Both the position numbers and the translations under genes were made by a program. Below, one piece after another: positions 47,430-58,007 of a stretch of DNA of 59,169 bases. The notes below the pieces were generated by a model. It ran no database searches. It was not told the origin of the DNA and saw nothing but the letters and a program-made list of their open reading frames with translations. The first letter of the stretch is position 1, and every line of letters starts with the position of its first letter. The stretch lies in the IMG/VR virus record IMGVR_UViG_3300010346_002895; one strand, given 5' to 3'. This DNA comes from an uncultured virus (IMG/VR IMGVR_UViG_3300010346_002895) (Duplodnaviria > Heunggongvirae > Uroviricota > Caudoviricetes).

Positions 47430-47585
47430 ATGGACGACATCGGATGGGGACTTGGCCCGTGGGGGCTCGATTCCTGGGGCTCCGGCGAGGATGAATCCGG
47501 CGGCGGAACGGACGAGGTCGGCTTCGAGCCGATGGACGGCGTGGTTCTGAGCCCCGGAGTATTCGTGTTCGAAAAAACCAACTGA
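47430..47585 (+). CDS. 51-aa Gly/Trp-rich small protein, not in the ORF track
   Basis: GGAGGTG RBS; MDDIGWGLGPWGLDSWG... Confidence 0.6.
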   Translation: MDDIGWGLGPWGLDSWGSGEDESGGGTDEVGFEPMDGVVLSPGVFVFEKTN

Positions 47586-47610
47586 GAAAAACAAAAGGAG
47601 GCATGCATTC

Positions 47611-50331
47611 ATGGCATTCACATTCACAGATTTACTACATCTGGCTATGCCCGCAAGGGGCGACAAGAACTGGGACGCGGACGTGAACCGCGCATTTCGG
47701 ATCATCGACAAGGCGCTCGAAGACCTCGGCGCGAGGCCGAGTTATTTCGACAAGCGCAGCGTGTCGCCCGGAACCGCGTCGGTGAACGAAAGGCAGGTCA
47801 CGCTTTCCGGCATCGAAGCGGTCGTCGGCCAGACAAACACCATTCTCGACGGCGGGACGGTCACAGTTCCCGCAAACGGCACAACCAGGGCGCGCGTGGA
47901 CACTCTGTCCATCAATCCCGAACAGCCCTCCATCCTCGTTCTCACACAAGGTGAGCCCGCGGGCGACACCGAGGGCGCGCTCCGCGTGACGAAGATGTAC
48001 GACCGCAACACTTCGGGGTTGGATGAACTGCTCAACCCGACCGGAAGGACGGGGACGCTTTTCGTAATCCCGACGCTTTTTTCTCATTACGATCCCTCGG
48101 TCGAATCACTCATTGCCCCGGCCTACGAACTGCCGCTTGAAATGTTCTCGCAGGGTCCGCCGGACAGCGTGATTCCTAAAATTCTGCATTTTGATCCGGC
48201 GACGGGGTCGTTCGTAGACACCGGCGTCGATCTTCACTTCACGTCCACATTCCGCTCGAACGTCGGCGAACTCATCGCCGTGATTCCACTCGGATGCATA
48301 GCGCCGAATGCGGATGGAACGGGTGACAGCTACTTCTTCGCATGCATTGTGGCGAACGACAGTATTCCCGGCAACGTCATCATCGCGGAGTTCGATGCGG
48401 AGTCCGGGGCTGTCGTGGACGCGTTCTGGTTCTCGAACGAGGACAACAATGTATTCTTCTCCATCCCCGGCTTCTGGAAGTTCACTGGCGTGGAATCAGG
48501 CGCTCGGACATTTCTCGCATCCATCCTGCCACTCACGATGCAACTCAAATTTGCAAAGCCCATCATGGCGAGCGTCCGCATTCCGAATTCACCCTCGGCG
48601 GTAAAGATGTTCGGACAGCCACTCACGTTAGGAACGACGACCATCCACGCGATGGAGGTTGTGACGGATTCAGTCCGTTCGCTCTGCTCCATGGGTGACC
48701 TTGTCGCGCTGCCGGGCAGCGGCATGGAGGGCTCAGGCGTTCTAATCTGCGGCGCAAGCAGCTCGGAGGAAGGCGCGGTCGGGTCCATCTTCAATCAGAA
48801 AAGCAACGACAACGTGACGCGCCCCTACAACTCGCTCCAGGGCGATATGAGCTGGAGCGATGATGGCAACGGGTTCGACCCGCTCCCGATCATTCTCGAA
48901 CTCGCGGGAAATGCCGCCGCATGGGATTTGAACGCCGCGCCTGTTTCTCCGGCATTCACATCTGCGGTCAATGTCATGAACGGCGATCAGCTCGCGATGG
49001 CCAGCCAGATCAGCAACAACCGCACCGAATGGCGCAATCCCACCAATACGCAGATCGAAGTCGTTCTCAACGACGGACACACCACGCCGCCTGTTGGAAA
49101 AGAGATATTCATCTCCGTCGAGGGTGAACAGGACAACACGAAATACGACACGATGTGGTCGGTCGTGGTGCAGGCGCTCCCCGGCGACGGCAAGATCGGC
49201 GTCGTCCTCAATAACGCACACATCTTCCGGGGCGGCTCGATCAGCGATTACTACCGCCTTAGCGGGTTTCAGTACAACGGCAATATGAAGATTCGCGCCG
49301 GTTACCGCATCATGAATGGAAACAACTACACCGAGCGCGTCCTGCATCTTGACGGTGTCGCCGACGCTGATGTCGGCAAACCGGTGAAGATCACATACGA
49401 CCACGACGGGCTCGAACTCTCCTGCATCTCCTTCATCTGCAGCGACGGTGAAATCCGCGAGTGTTATGCGGGCTCGGACAATCTTCGCGATCACAACAAC
49501 AACGAGTTCCCGGACTGGCTCGGAACCGTTTACCGCGAAACCTGCAAAGGCGACATCCACATTGGTTGGAACGTTCTCAATTCCAACAACTCAAAGTCCA
49601 TGCCGCTCGCGCAGGAATTCACGCCGGTCATCATATCCCGATCCGAGAATTATGTGGCGTTTCAGAAAAACAACACCACAGGCGCGCCAAGCTCTTCCAA
49701 TACCGTGACCTATGACAAGAACGGTGTCGCGGCGAGTTGGCAGGATACGAATGGCGGCAACGATGTCTTCATCTGCGACGACGCCACGCTCATATCCAGC
49801 AGCGGGCTGCCGGTTCAGGGTGGCGGCGGAACGGACTACACCCAGCTTGCCTCGGACGGTTTCAAATGCACGGTTGGGACAGACATTCCGATTCTTACAG
49901 TCGACGTCATCGATCCCGACTATGTCACCGTCGAGCTGCTTCCCTATCAGGAGCCTCTCTTTTCGGGGAGACGATACAACTTCCCGTCCGCAATCGCGGT
50001 CGCGCTCGGCTCCGCATATTTCAAAGGAAAGTTCTACGCCCCGGGCATCGCGCTCTCCGGCATTCCTTATTCGGCAATCTTCGAATTCACGCCTTATGAC
50101 GAGCCCGTCGCGCAGGATGCGTCGTCCGGCCATATCAAGGTCGGAGAGGTTCACGTGCCGCCGGACGCGGACGGTGCGCCGCTCACAGTCCTTACGCAGC
50201 CGGATTATTCGATGGCGACGGTATCCCGCGCCGATCAGTTCCGATCCATGCTCGCGGCGTTCAGCGTCATGAACGACCTTCACAATCTGCTGCCCGCGTT
50301 TCTCACCATCGCGCCGTTTCTGAAGAAGTAG
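47611..50331 (+). CDS. Large virion structural protein (baseplate/fibre-like)
   Basis: 906 aa, beta-rich, strong RBS, within the tail block; family not recognised. Confidence 0.6.
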   Translation: MAFTFTDLLHLAMPARGDKNWDADVNRAFRIIDKALEDLGARPSYFDKRSVSPGTASVNERQVTLSGIEAVVGQTNTILDGGTVTVPANGTTRARVDTLSINPEQPSILVLTQGEPAGDTEGALRVTKMYDRNTSGLDELLNPTGRTGTLFVIPTLFSHYDPSVESLIAPAYELPLEMFSQGPPDSVIPKILHFDPATGSFVDTGVDLHFTSTFRSNVGELIAVIPLGCIAPNADGTGDSYFFACIVANDSIPGNVIIAEFDAESGAVVDAFWFSNEDNNVFFSIPGFWKFTGVESGARTFLASILPLTMQLKFAKPIMASVRIPNSPSAVKMFGQPLTLGTTTIHAMEVVTDSVRSLCSMGDLVALPGSGMEGSGVLICGASSSEEGAVGSIFNQKSNDNVTRPYNSLQGDMSWSDDGNGFDPLPIILELAGNAAAWDLNAAPVSPAFTSAVNVMNGDQLAMASQISNNRTEWRNPTNTQIEVVLNDGHTTPPVGKEIFISVEGEQDNTKYDTMWSVVVQALPGDGKIGVVLNNAHIFRGGSISDYYRLSGFQYNGNMKIRAGYRIMNGNNYTERVLHLDGVADADVGKPVKITYDHDGLELSCISFICSDGEIRECYAGSDNLRDHNNNEFPDWLGTVYRETCKGDIHIGWNVLNSNNSKSMPLAQEFTPVIISRSENYVAFQKNNTTGAPSSSNTVTYDKNGVAASWQDTNGGNDVFICDDATLISSSGLPVQGGGGTDYTQLASDGFKCTVGTDIPILTVDVIDPDYVTVELLPYQEPLFSGRRYNFPSAIAVALGSAYFKGKFYAPGIALSGIPYSAIFEFTPYDEPVAQDASSGHIKVGEVHVPPDADGAPLTVLTQPDYSMATVSRADQFRSMLAAFSVMNDLHNLLPAFLTIAPFLKK

Positions 50332-50340
50332 GGAGCATCC

Positions 50341-51396
50341 ATGCTGACATCGCTTGATCGTGACAACTCTGTGGTCGTGTCCTGGACAAGCCCTCCGGGC
50401 GCGGCGCGGACCATTCTCGTAAGGAAGACGAGGGATTACCCTCGGAACATCCATGACGGAATAGTCGTGTCCGACGCCGCCCCGGCTGTGGAGTCCTTTG
50501 CCGACGCGTCTCCCGCGCACGGTTACTACAACTACTACCGCGTGTTCTTTCAGGACGCGGCAGATGCGTGGATTGATGTATCAGCGGAGGACGACCGCGC
50601 ACGCATACGATGTAAAGCCTCGTTCGATTACCACGGCAAGCTGTACGGCAATCTCCCGGAGCTTTATGAACGCAATGACGAGAACGATGAGATGTGCCGG
50701 TTCCTCGGAATCATCGCATGGGAACTGGAGAAGTTCAGGGCAACGCAGTCCGGCCTCAACGACACATCCAATGTGAATGAAGTGCGCGACGACCTGCTCG
50801 AACATCTCGCGTGGAATGTCGGCTGGCTTCTGAATCGGGAACTGCCTGTGCTTCGCCAGCGCGCCGAGATAAAACGCGCCGTTGCCATCTACCGAAAGAA
50901 AGGCACGCGCCGGGGACTCATCGACCTCATTCAGGGAATCATGAACTGGGACATGGAGGTCATCAAATACAACCGCAACATTCTCATGACCGGCCATCCC
51001 GACAGCACGACGCTCAAGGTGAATGATCCGAACGTAACGATGAACATGGATACGTCCGCAGACACTGCGGACTACATCCTTGGCGGTGACAAATCCCCGG
51101 ACAGAATCCGCATCAAGATCAAGGCGACTTACGACTTCCACATGTTCGAGAAGGTGCGAAACAAGCTGTTTCGTATTCTCCGGTTCTGGGTGCCCGCGTG
51201 TATGTCCGTGATTCTCGAACTCGCCACATACAACGAGGAATCCGGCTTCATCGGTGACTGGCGACCGACGCAGGCGGACCTTCTTTCAAACAACTGGCTT
51301 ATCACAGACGCGTTCACTGGAAGCGAGTGGCAAATCCTATCTGAAAGGACGACCAACAATCTCTTATGGAGAACTCCATTACTCACATCCCTGTGA
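50341..51396 (+). CDS. Phage tail protein I-like baseplate protein
   Basis: LPELY, LLEHLAWNVGW, IYRKKGTRRGL. Confidence 0.8.
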   Translation: MLTSLDRDNSVVVSWTSPPGAARTILVRKTRDYPRNIHDGIVVSDAAPAVESFADASPAHGYYNYYRVFFQDAADAWIDVSAEDDRARIRCKASFDYHGKLYGNLPELYERNDENDEMCRFLGIIAWELEKFRATQSGLNDTSNVNEVRDDLLEHLAWNVGWLLNRELPVLRQRAEIKRAVAIYRKKGTRRGLIDLIQGIMNWDMEVIKYNRNILMTGHPDSTTLKVNDPNVTMNMDTSADTADYILGGDKSPDRIRIKIKATYDFHMFEKVRNKLFRILRFWVPACMSVILELATYNEESGFIGDWRPTQADLLSNNWLITDAFTGSEWQILSERTTNNLLWRTPLLTSL

Positions 51397-51890
51397 AAAC
51401 GGCATTCACGATTGAAGGCCTTTTCACGGACATAGCTCATTATCCCGATGGCCGATCCGAAGTCATCCGCGAGGGGCACAACATAGTGACCGATTCCGGG
51501 CTCGGCCTCGTTGTGGGCGCGCTCGGCAATCTTATGAACGGCATCGTGCAATGGCAGGTCGGAAGCGGCGATCCCGCATGGGATACGGCCCCGGTCGAAG
51601 CGACGGCGGACAGGACTTGCCTCGTTACACCGATTTTCATGAAGCCGGTCACGGTTTCCTACTGGGACGCGGCGAACAACCGATTCTCGCCGACGCCCAC
51701 CGACACGATTGATGTTCGCGTCGTCTTCATGGCCGAGGAAGCAAACGCGCAGCTCCGCGAATTCGGACTTGTCGGGCCCGACCCGGAACACGTCCTTTTC
51801 AATTACGTGATCCACGAGCGCATCTCGAAGTCCGACAACTTCAATCTCGAACGCATCATGCGGGTCACGGTGCGTCGCGAACAGAACTGA
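51366..51890 (+). CDS. Putative baseplate/tail protein
   Basis: HNIVTDSG, VGSGD, LREFGL, LFNY pattern. Confidence 0.55.
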   Translation: MENSITHIPVKTAFTIEGLFTDIAHYPDGRSEVIREGHNIVTDSGLGLVVGALGNLMNGIVQWQVGSGDPAWDTAPVEATADRTCLVTPIFMKPVTVSYWDAANNRFSPTPTDTIDVRVVFMAEEANAQLREFGLVGPDPEHVLFNYVIHERISKSDNFNLERIMRVTVRREQN

Positions 51891-51908
51891 CGAAAGGAAG
51901 AACAACTC

Positions 51909-52436
51909 ATGGCAAACAGAAAAATCAGGAATCTCATCGTCCATCATTCCGTGAGCGCCTGGGGCGACGGCGATGTCATCATGGGGTGGCACACAAATCC
52001 CAAACCGAAAGGCAACGGATGGAGCGCCCCCGGCTATCACGCGGTCATCTGCAATGGATATCCCAACTACAACGCATGGAGCAAACGAAAACCAGTCGCG
52101 GCCGCGGACGGACGCGTCGACCGCATCTGGCCGGAGGACAAACCCTCGAACGGCTGCAAATACGCAAACGCAGATTCTCTCCATGTGTGTCTCATCGGCG
52201 ATTTCGATAAGGACGCTCCGACTGAGCGCCAGATGGAAAAGCTCACGGACCTTCTCGCGTTCTGGTGCCGGAAGTACGGACTCGATCCCCGCACGGCGAT
52301 TTTCGGACACGGCGAGATGCAACGGAAGATCGGAAAAGAAGGCTACAGCAAAACGTGTCCTGGCAAAAACGTGAGCATGACCGCCGTGCGGAAAGCTGTC
52401 GCAGAGAAGATGTCTCTCGCGGAGGTGAAGAAATGA
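51909..52436 (+). CDS. N-acetylmuramoyl-L-alanine amidase (Amidase_2/PGRP-like endolysin)
   Basis: LIVHHS, GYH, VCLIGDFD, GHGE, KTCPG. Confidence 0.9.
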   Translation: MANRKIRNLIVHHSVSAWGDGDVIMGWHTNPKPKGNGWSAPGYHAVICNGYPNYNAWSKRKPVAAADGRVDRIWPEDKPSNGCKYANADSLHVCLIGDFDKDAPTERQMEKLTDLLAFWCRKYGLDPRTAIFGHGEMQRKIGKEGYSKTCPGKNVSMTAVRKAVAEKMSLAEVKK

Positions 52437-55400
52437 CAGTATCGCGCAATCAGTTTGATGAAACGAAAAACTGGACGGAGCCGGAATGGCAGGAAGGTGT
52501 GCCCGTCATGGACGCGGACCTGAATCTGGCGATGAAGATTGGCAAGACAGGTCTGCGCCGGGCCGTGTGTGATTTCCTCGGGAACGGATCGCCGAACGAC
52601 GGGTTCAAACTGTCCGGGCTGGCTACAAATCCTACCATTCACGCGGGCGCTGTCTGGGTCGCCGGACTCAAGATTGAGCTGGCCGAGGATATTTCCGCAT
52701 CGGAACAGCCGAACGCGCCGGTGCCGTCCCCAATCGGAAACGGTATCTGGTTTCTGGACGCTGTGGAGCAACTCCTGACGAATGCTGAAGACCCCGCGAT
52801 CCGGGACTATCGGCTTCCCGCCAATGTGGAAACGCCGGTCAAGGTGTGGAAGACCGACTGGACGCTGCGAAAAGTCCTCGGCGCTACGCTGCCGACTCCC
52901 GAACCCGACCACTATTACATCGGCATCGCAATCGAAGCCGGTGGCATTCTTACCGACATCAGAAACACGGGTATGGTGATCGCTGGCGCGGACACTGGAT
53001 ACCAGAACAGAGTCGGTGGCCGCCCCGGCAGCGGCCACCGACATAAAGATGAGGACATAGATGTCCAGAATCCGAACTACACAGGGGACACGCTCGATGA
53101 GGTTCTCGACGAGATCGATTCCCGCATCGACGTGGTTCAGGGCGGCATCGGAGTTGTGACGCCTCACGCGGCGACGCACGGCGCGGGCGGTTCGGATCAG
53201 GTCAATATCGCAAACCTGCTAGGGCAATGCACGCAGTCACAGGTATCTTCGGCGCATTCGGGTCTGCACACTGCGTCGTTCAATGGCGGGCTCCCCGTAT
53301 CGCCGGACGTGAACGGCAATGCATCCCTCGGCGAGCATCTTTCTGATGCCGCAATTCACAGAAAAAATCACAACGATCTTCTCTCCGTGCAGGGCGGTTC
53401 CGCGACCGAGCGTTATCACCTCGCGCTTGATCTCTACAATGCCGCAACTGGCGCGGCTGGCGCGAACGCAGCCAATCCATTTGCCACGGTCGGCGACATA
53501 TCTGGTGTGGCGGCAAAATTCGCGTCGCCGGTTCAGTCCATCCAGAATCTCCGCGACATCGCGGCTGTGAACCGCTCTGACAAACAGGTGCGGCTCGTGG
53601 AGGACAAGGGCTCTCTCTATCGCTTTGACGATACGGGAACCGGAACGGACGATGGAGATGGCGTGATAACGCCTACGTCGGGCTCGGGCCGATGGTTCAA
53701 GATGTCTTCTTCCGTTCCAGATCTTTCGACGGTTCTCACAAAGGGCAACAGCGCGGGCAACCGCAAAATCGTCAACCTGCTCAACCCGGACAACCCGCAG
53801 GATGCCGCGACCATGGGCTGGGTCAAAAACCTCGTGGGCGCTGGCGGCACGAATGCCTCGTGGGTTGTCATGGACACTTCCGGCGCGCCGGGCACTTATT
53901 CGGATTTGCAAACAGCCATCAACGCGCTCGGGAACGACGGAGGAGTTGTCTGGATAAAACCGGGCATTTATACCCTCAGTTCGCATGTCACGATGAAGCA
54001 CAACACCATCCTCTACGGGCTCGGCTCGATGGAGGAAGGCATGCCGGATGTCATGCCGACGCTGGTGCCAGCAGCCGGGTTCACCGATTACTGCATGATT
54101 CAGGCGTCTCCAGGAAATAAGTTTCTAAATCTCTGGATCAAGGTTCCAAAAAACAGCATCGGCATCAGTCCATTCCGGTATTACGGTTCCCGGCTTGATG
54201 TGGACGGTTGCTTTATCGAAGCGGCGACCACGGACTTCGGAAGTGATTTCACCGCGACCACAATAGGAATCGGTGGCGAGTGGGGCGTTTGGGGACAGGA
54301 AATCATGAACGGCAAAATCCGCAACTGTGTGTTTCGGCGGCTGCGGCATGGAATTTACTGCGAACTGAACAACAACACGGTCATCGAATACAACCGGTTC
54401 CAGGGCAGCGGCGGGTTCCGGTACGAACTCGATGATGTCATCTACTCATCCATCAATCAGGGAAGCAACCAGTTCCGCGCAACTTCCGCTGTCGTAAACG
54501 CGGGTCTGATTGCCGTGGGCATGTCGGTTAGCTTCAGCGACGGCACGAACAGCGAAAGCAAAACGATTCAGGACATGGTGTACGACAGCATGTATGGATT
54601 CTACATTTGCACCGTCAACGGAGGATTTCAACACGGATATGACGGCTCACCGGGCCAGAGCTTCTACAGCCAACCTCCGTCATCCGGTATCACTGCTGGT
54701 GACAACACCTACGAAACGTTCATCTGCTTCAACTACTTCGACGGCGGCGGCAACGGATATCTCGACATCAACGCGGCGCGAGACCCCGGCACGAATATCG
54801 GGCTTCTCAACGCATACATCATCGGTAACACGTCCGCCACGCTTTTTACGGGCGTGGATAAACCGACCGTGAAACTCCAGACCAGCCCGTACTCCTTCTC
54901 CGGCGGCGACATCCTGTTTCTCGGCAACACTTTCGCCGGACAAATATTCGTGGATGGCTCAAACACAGTCGCCTTCATCTGCTGCAACAACAACATCGGT
55001 TCGATTGATGCGACAGCCTATGAAGGCCGGGTCATTTTCAACAACAACCTGTGTCACGGCAACGTGAAACTGAAAAACGCGGCCACGGCCAACGGCAACT
55101 ACGTCGCGGGCAACCTGCAGGTCATCAGCGGCACAACAGAGAAGACGCTGGCGGTCGGGAATTTTGTTGGCTACGGAATGACGCTTGCCGGGGACTATAG
55201 CGTCGCGGCGAACAATGTCATCGAGGACGGCGGTTTGAGCGTCGGTGGCAAAGGCTCCCGCGCGTCCGGCAATTCCGTGAGAGGCACCCTGACGCTCGGC
55301 TTCTGGGGATCTGCGACCGGCAATGTCATCCGCACTCAAAAGTCAGTAGCCATCAGCGCCATCGTTCCCCGGGCGCAGATCGCGGGAAACGCCTGCATCG

Positions 55401-55951
55401 ACGAGTTCAACATCTACTCCTACGACGGAAGCCAGAAATTCTACGCCACGGGCACGTCATGCTCGTTCTACACGGCGGGGCTCGTGGACAACTTTCAGCC
55501 CGGCTACTGCGTAACGTTCCAGAGCAGCAAAGACATCGAGACGCGTATGATAACCAGTGTGTCCGGTAACACTATCTACTGGTCCGACGCGCTCAATTCC
55601 TCTTACGGCGGCTCGTCCAACACAGCGTGGGCGTACACGAATCTCGCGCATATCGACGGCGTGTCGTCGCTCTCGGTGGTCACCGGCAACTTCGTGTGCG
55701 GGGACATCAATGTCACAGGCGGGGTGAATCTGTCCTGCACGTTCGTTGGCTCGTCCTGCGTAGTCAACGGCAATCGCGTTCTCGGCATGATGGTCACCAC
55801 TGCGGCCGCAAAGAAGAACGTGGTGATCGGAAACATCTTCACGAACTCAAAAGCTGTTCAACCCGGATGGCCCAAGGCTTATCCGTTCTCCGGCACGCCG
55901 GACAACACGAACGAGATAGCGCACAACATCATCAACGGCTCGGTGATCTGA
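52433..55951 (+). CDS. Tail fibre/spike: DUF6519-like N-terminus and C-terminal parallel beta-helix
   Basis: SRNQFD..K.W....WQEGVPVMDADLN; DLQTAINAL..GGVVWIKPGIY; repeated GN ladder; GGAGG RBS. Confidence 0.75.
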   Translation: MTVSRNQFDETKNWTEPEWQEGVPVMDADLNLAMKIGKTGLRRAVCDFLGNGSPNDGFKLSGLATNPTIHAGAVWVAGLKIELAEDISASEQPNAPVPSPIGNGIWFLDAVEQLLTNAEDPAIRDYRLPANVETPVKVWKTDWTLRKVLGATLPTPEPDHYYIGIAIEAGGILTDIRNTGMVIAGADTGYQNRVGGRPGSGHRHKDEDIDVQNPNYTGDTLDEVLDEIDSRIDVVQGGIGVVTPHAATHGAGGSDQVNIANLLGQCTQSQVSSAHSGLHTASFNGGLPVSPDVNGNASLGEHLSDAAIHRKNHNDLLSVQGGSATERYHLALDLYNAATGAAGANAANPFATVGDISGVAAKFASPVQSIQNLRDIAAVNRSDKQVRLVEDKGSLYRFDDTGTGTDDGDGVITPTSGSGRWFKMSSSVPDLSTVLTKGNSAGNRKIVNLLNPDNPQDAATMGWVKNLVGAGGTNASWVVMDTSGAPGTYSDLQTAINALGNDGGVVWIKPGIYTLSSHVTMKHNTILYGLGSMEEGMPDVMPTLVPAAGFTDYCMIQASPGNKFLNLWIKVPKNSIGISPFRYYGSRLDVDGCFIEAATTDFGSDFTATTIGIGGEWGVWGQEIMNGKIRNCVFRRLRHGIYCELNNNTVIEYNRFQGSGGFRYELDDVIYSSINQGSNQFRATSAVVNAGLIAVGMSVSFSDGTNSESKTIQDMVYDSMYGFYICTVNGGFQHGYDGSPGQSFYSQPPSSGITAGDNTYETFICFNYFDGGGNGYLDINAARDPGTNIGLLNAYIIGNTSATLFTGVDKPTVKLQTSPYSFSGGDILFLGNTFAGQIFVDGSNTVAFICCNNNIGSIDATAYEGRVIFNNNLCHGNVKLKNAATANGNYVAGNLQVISGTTEKTLAVGNFVGYGMTLAGDYSVAANNVIEDGGLSVGGKGSRASGNSVRGTLTLGFWGSATGNVIRTQKSVAISAIVPRAQIAGNACIDEFNIYSYDGSQKFYATGTSCSFYTAGLVDNFQPGYCVTFQSSKDIETRMITSVSGNTIYWSDALNSSYGGSSNTAWAYTNLAHIDGVSSLSVVTGNFVCGDINVTGGVNLSCTFVGSSCVVNGNRVLGMMVTTAAAKKNVVIGNIFTNSKAVQPGWPKAYPFSGTPDNTNEIAHNIINGSVI

Positions 55952-55972
55952 GCCGGAAAGGAGTTTTTATAC

Positions 55973-56455
55973 ATGAGAACGATTGAGGGAGATTTCGGCG
56001 CGGTGTACAGCGCCGCGACAGACGACTACGAGGTGGGCATACCGAAAGTCGCCGTGACTGACCCGGAGGATGGTCAGGAGAAAACATTCGGCGAGACCGG
56101 CGGGTTGTTCTGCCCGTTCCGGGAGCCGGGTTTCCAATTCCCGCTTCTTGCCCCGAACGCGCAGAGGAAAGTCGTAAAACCGGACGGACTCCAGCGGAGG
56201 ATGATCTCGGGCGAAAAGCCGATCTACGCGCACGCGATGATCCTCGACCGCGGCGGACCCGTGTGGAACGACACCATCGTGTGTCACGACTTGATCATTA
56301 CGGAACTGACCGCCGAGGAGGTTCTCGCATTCCTCACAAGAGTTCCGACGAGGCTTTTGCAAAGCTATCGCATCCTGGAATCTATTGTCGTCCTGGAGCC
56401 GCCCGCCGCGTGGGGCGAAGACTACACGGTTCCCGTTTCCGAAGGAGGTGAATAA
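55973..56455 (+). CDS. Hypothetical protein after the tail fibre
   Basis: AAGGAG RBS. Confidence 0.6.
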   Translation: MRTIEGDFGAVYSAATDDYEVGIPKVAVTDPEDGQEKTFGETGGLFCPFREPGFQFPLLAPNAQRKVVKPDGLQRRMISGEKPIYAHAMILDRGGPVWNDTIVCHDLIITELTAEEVLAFLTRVPTRLLQSYRILESIVVLEPPAAWGEDYTVPVSEGGE

Positions 56456-56458
56456 TCA

Positions 56459-56767
56459 ATGGAGAATAATCTTCTCGTGCAGCTCGGCGGCATCCTTCTC
56501 ACGCTGGTGGTGACATTGATCGGCATTTTCAAAGGACTGATCCCGCAGCTTCTCAGCTCATTCGAGAAACGGCTCTCGGACAAAGATACCGTTCTGGCGA
56601 AACAGAGCACCGCACTCGACGAGGTGTGCAGGGAAAGAAAGGAACTGACCGAGCGTTTTCTCTGCTCGCTCAAGGAACTCGTGGTTCAGAATTCCACGTC
56701 CATGACATTCTGTTCTAACATTATTCTTTCTTCTTCCAACCATCTAAATTGTAGTGTCGCTGTGTAG
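56459..56767 (+). CDS. Holin-like single-TM coiled-coil protein, probably 3'-truncated
   Basis: N-terminal TM helix then coiled coil; composition shifts to AT-rich at about 56707. Confidence 0.5.
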   Translation: MENNLLVQLGGILLTLVVTLIGIFKGLIPQLLSSFEKRLSDKDTVLAKQSTALDEVCRERKELTERFLCSLKELVVQNSTSMTFCSNIILSSSNHLNCSVAV

Positions 56768-57004
56768 GATACTACTTTATATGCGGTGATTCAATAAAAT
56801 GCAGGAAGTTTGCCCAGTTTTATGGTTCAGGCAGGTACTTGTTTTGATACATATTCCGGACTTGGTCGTCGCTTGTTCCGACTCCAGTTTTTGTCGTTTA
56901 CGACTTGTTTCAGTCTCAAAACGCCAATAATAGGTTATAATAGCGTTTAAGATTGCAATTCTACGGTTATCTCATCATTTTAACATTTATCTTTATAAAT
57001 TGGC

Positions 57005-57032
57005 TTGACTTAACCCGCCCCCGGCGTAACAT
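57005..57032 (+). promoter_or_regulatory. Putative promoter of amidoligase operon 2
   Basis: TTGACT-N16-TAACAT, matches 4814-4841. Confidence 0.55.
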
Positions 57033-57094
57033 GTGTGTAGAATTAAAAACCCTGATAAACAAAGGGTTTTTTACGGAAACGGAGGCGGGAAAAC

Positions 57095-57994
57095 ATGGAT
57101 TTGAAAGACATCAGATTCGGGATCGAGATCGAAACGGTAAGACAGACCCGCGAGAAGGTTGCGCGGGCCATCCAATCGGTGGTCGGCGGCACGGTGCTGC
57201 ACACCGGAATGCCGCAATGCCACGACCCATGGGAGGTCACCGACGACCGCGGCCGCAAATGGAAAGTGGTCGCCGACGGGTCGCTCACAAACGTGGATGC
57301 AAAGTATCGGGCTGAAATCGTAAGCCCGATACTTGTTTACGGGGACATGGACCAGCTTCAGGAAGTGGTCCGGGCGGTGCGAAACGCCGGAGCGCACATA
57401 AGCAGCCAATGCGGTGTCCATGTTCATCTTGACGCGGACGCCTTCACCGCGAAAGCCCTCGTCAACCTCACAAAAATCGTCAACAAACAGGAAGACCTCA
57501 TTGTAAAAGCCCTCGACGTAAACGAACGACGGCTCGCCTCTTACGCGAAAAAGGTAAACGGCGAGTTCATCGAGAAAATTGAAAAGCGGAAACCGAAGTC
57601 AAAAGACGAACTCAATCAACTCTGGTACGGCTACCAGAATCAAAGCCCGACGCACTACGATTCGACCCGCTACCGAGGACTGAACCTTCACAACGTGTGG
57701 TATCGCGGGACGGTCGAGTTCCGTTATTTCAATGGGACGCTCCACGCCGGAAAAATAAAATCATACATTCAGTTCTGTCTCGCGCTCGGCGCGAAAGCCA
57801 TCAACAGCAACGCGGCAAGCAGCCGCAAACGCGACCTGAATCCAATAAACAGCAAATACGATTTCCGGGTGTTCCTGCTCGGCCTCGGGCTCATCGGCGA
57901 CGAGTTCAAAACGGCGCGGCAGCACCTGCTCGCAAACCTCGAGGGAGACAGCGCATTCAAAAACGGACGACCGCAAGCGGAGCAGGCGGCGTGA
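57095..57994 (+). CDS. Putative amidoligase, second copy
   Basis: [30 protein letters not shown]. Confidence 0.9.
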   Translation: MDLKDIRFGIEIETVRQTREKVARAIQSVVGGTVLHTGMPQCHDPWEVTDDRGRKWKVVADGSLTNVDAKYRAEIVSPILVYGDMDQLQEVVRAVRNAGAHISSQCGVHVHLDADAFTAKALVNLTKIVNKQEDLIVKALDVNERRLASYAKKVNGEFIEKIEKRKPKSKDELNQLWYGYQNQSPTHYDSTRYRGLNLHNVWYRGTVEFRYFNGTLHAGKIKSYIQFCLALGAKAINSNAASSRKRDLNPINSKYDFRVFLLGLGLIGDEFKTARQHLLANLEGDSAFKNGRPQAEQAA

Positions 57995-58007
57995 TGGAGG
58001 GCATCAG

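Noticed and set aside
52433..55951. Diversity-generating retroelement target (AAC-rich fibre end)
   Set aside because: No reverse transcriptase or template repeat seen; Asn richness fits a beta-helix
46400..56455. Complete eCIS or tailocin
   Set aside because: Sheath, tube and spike genes are absent and the baseplate gene is truncated
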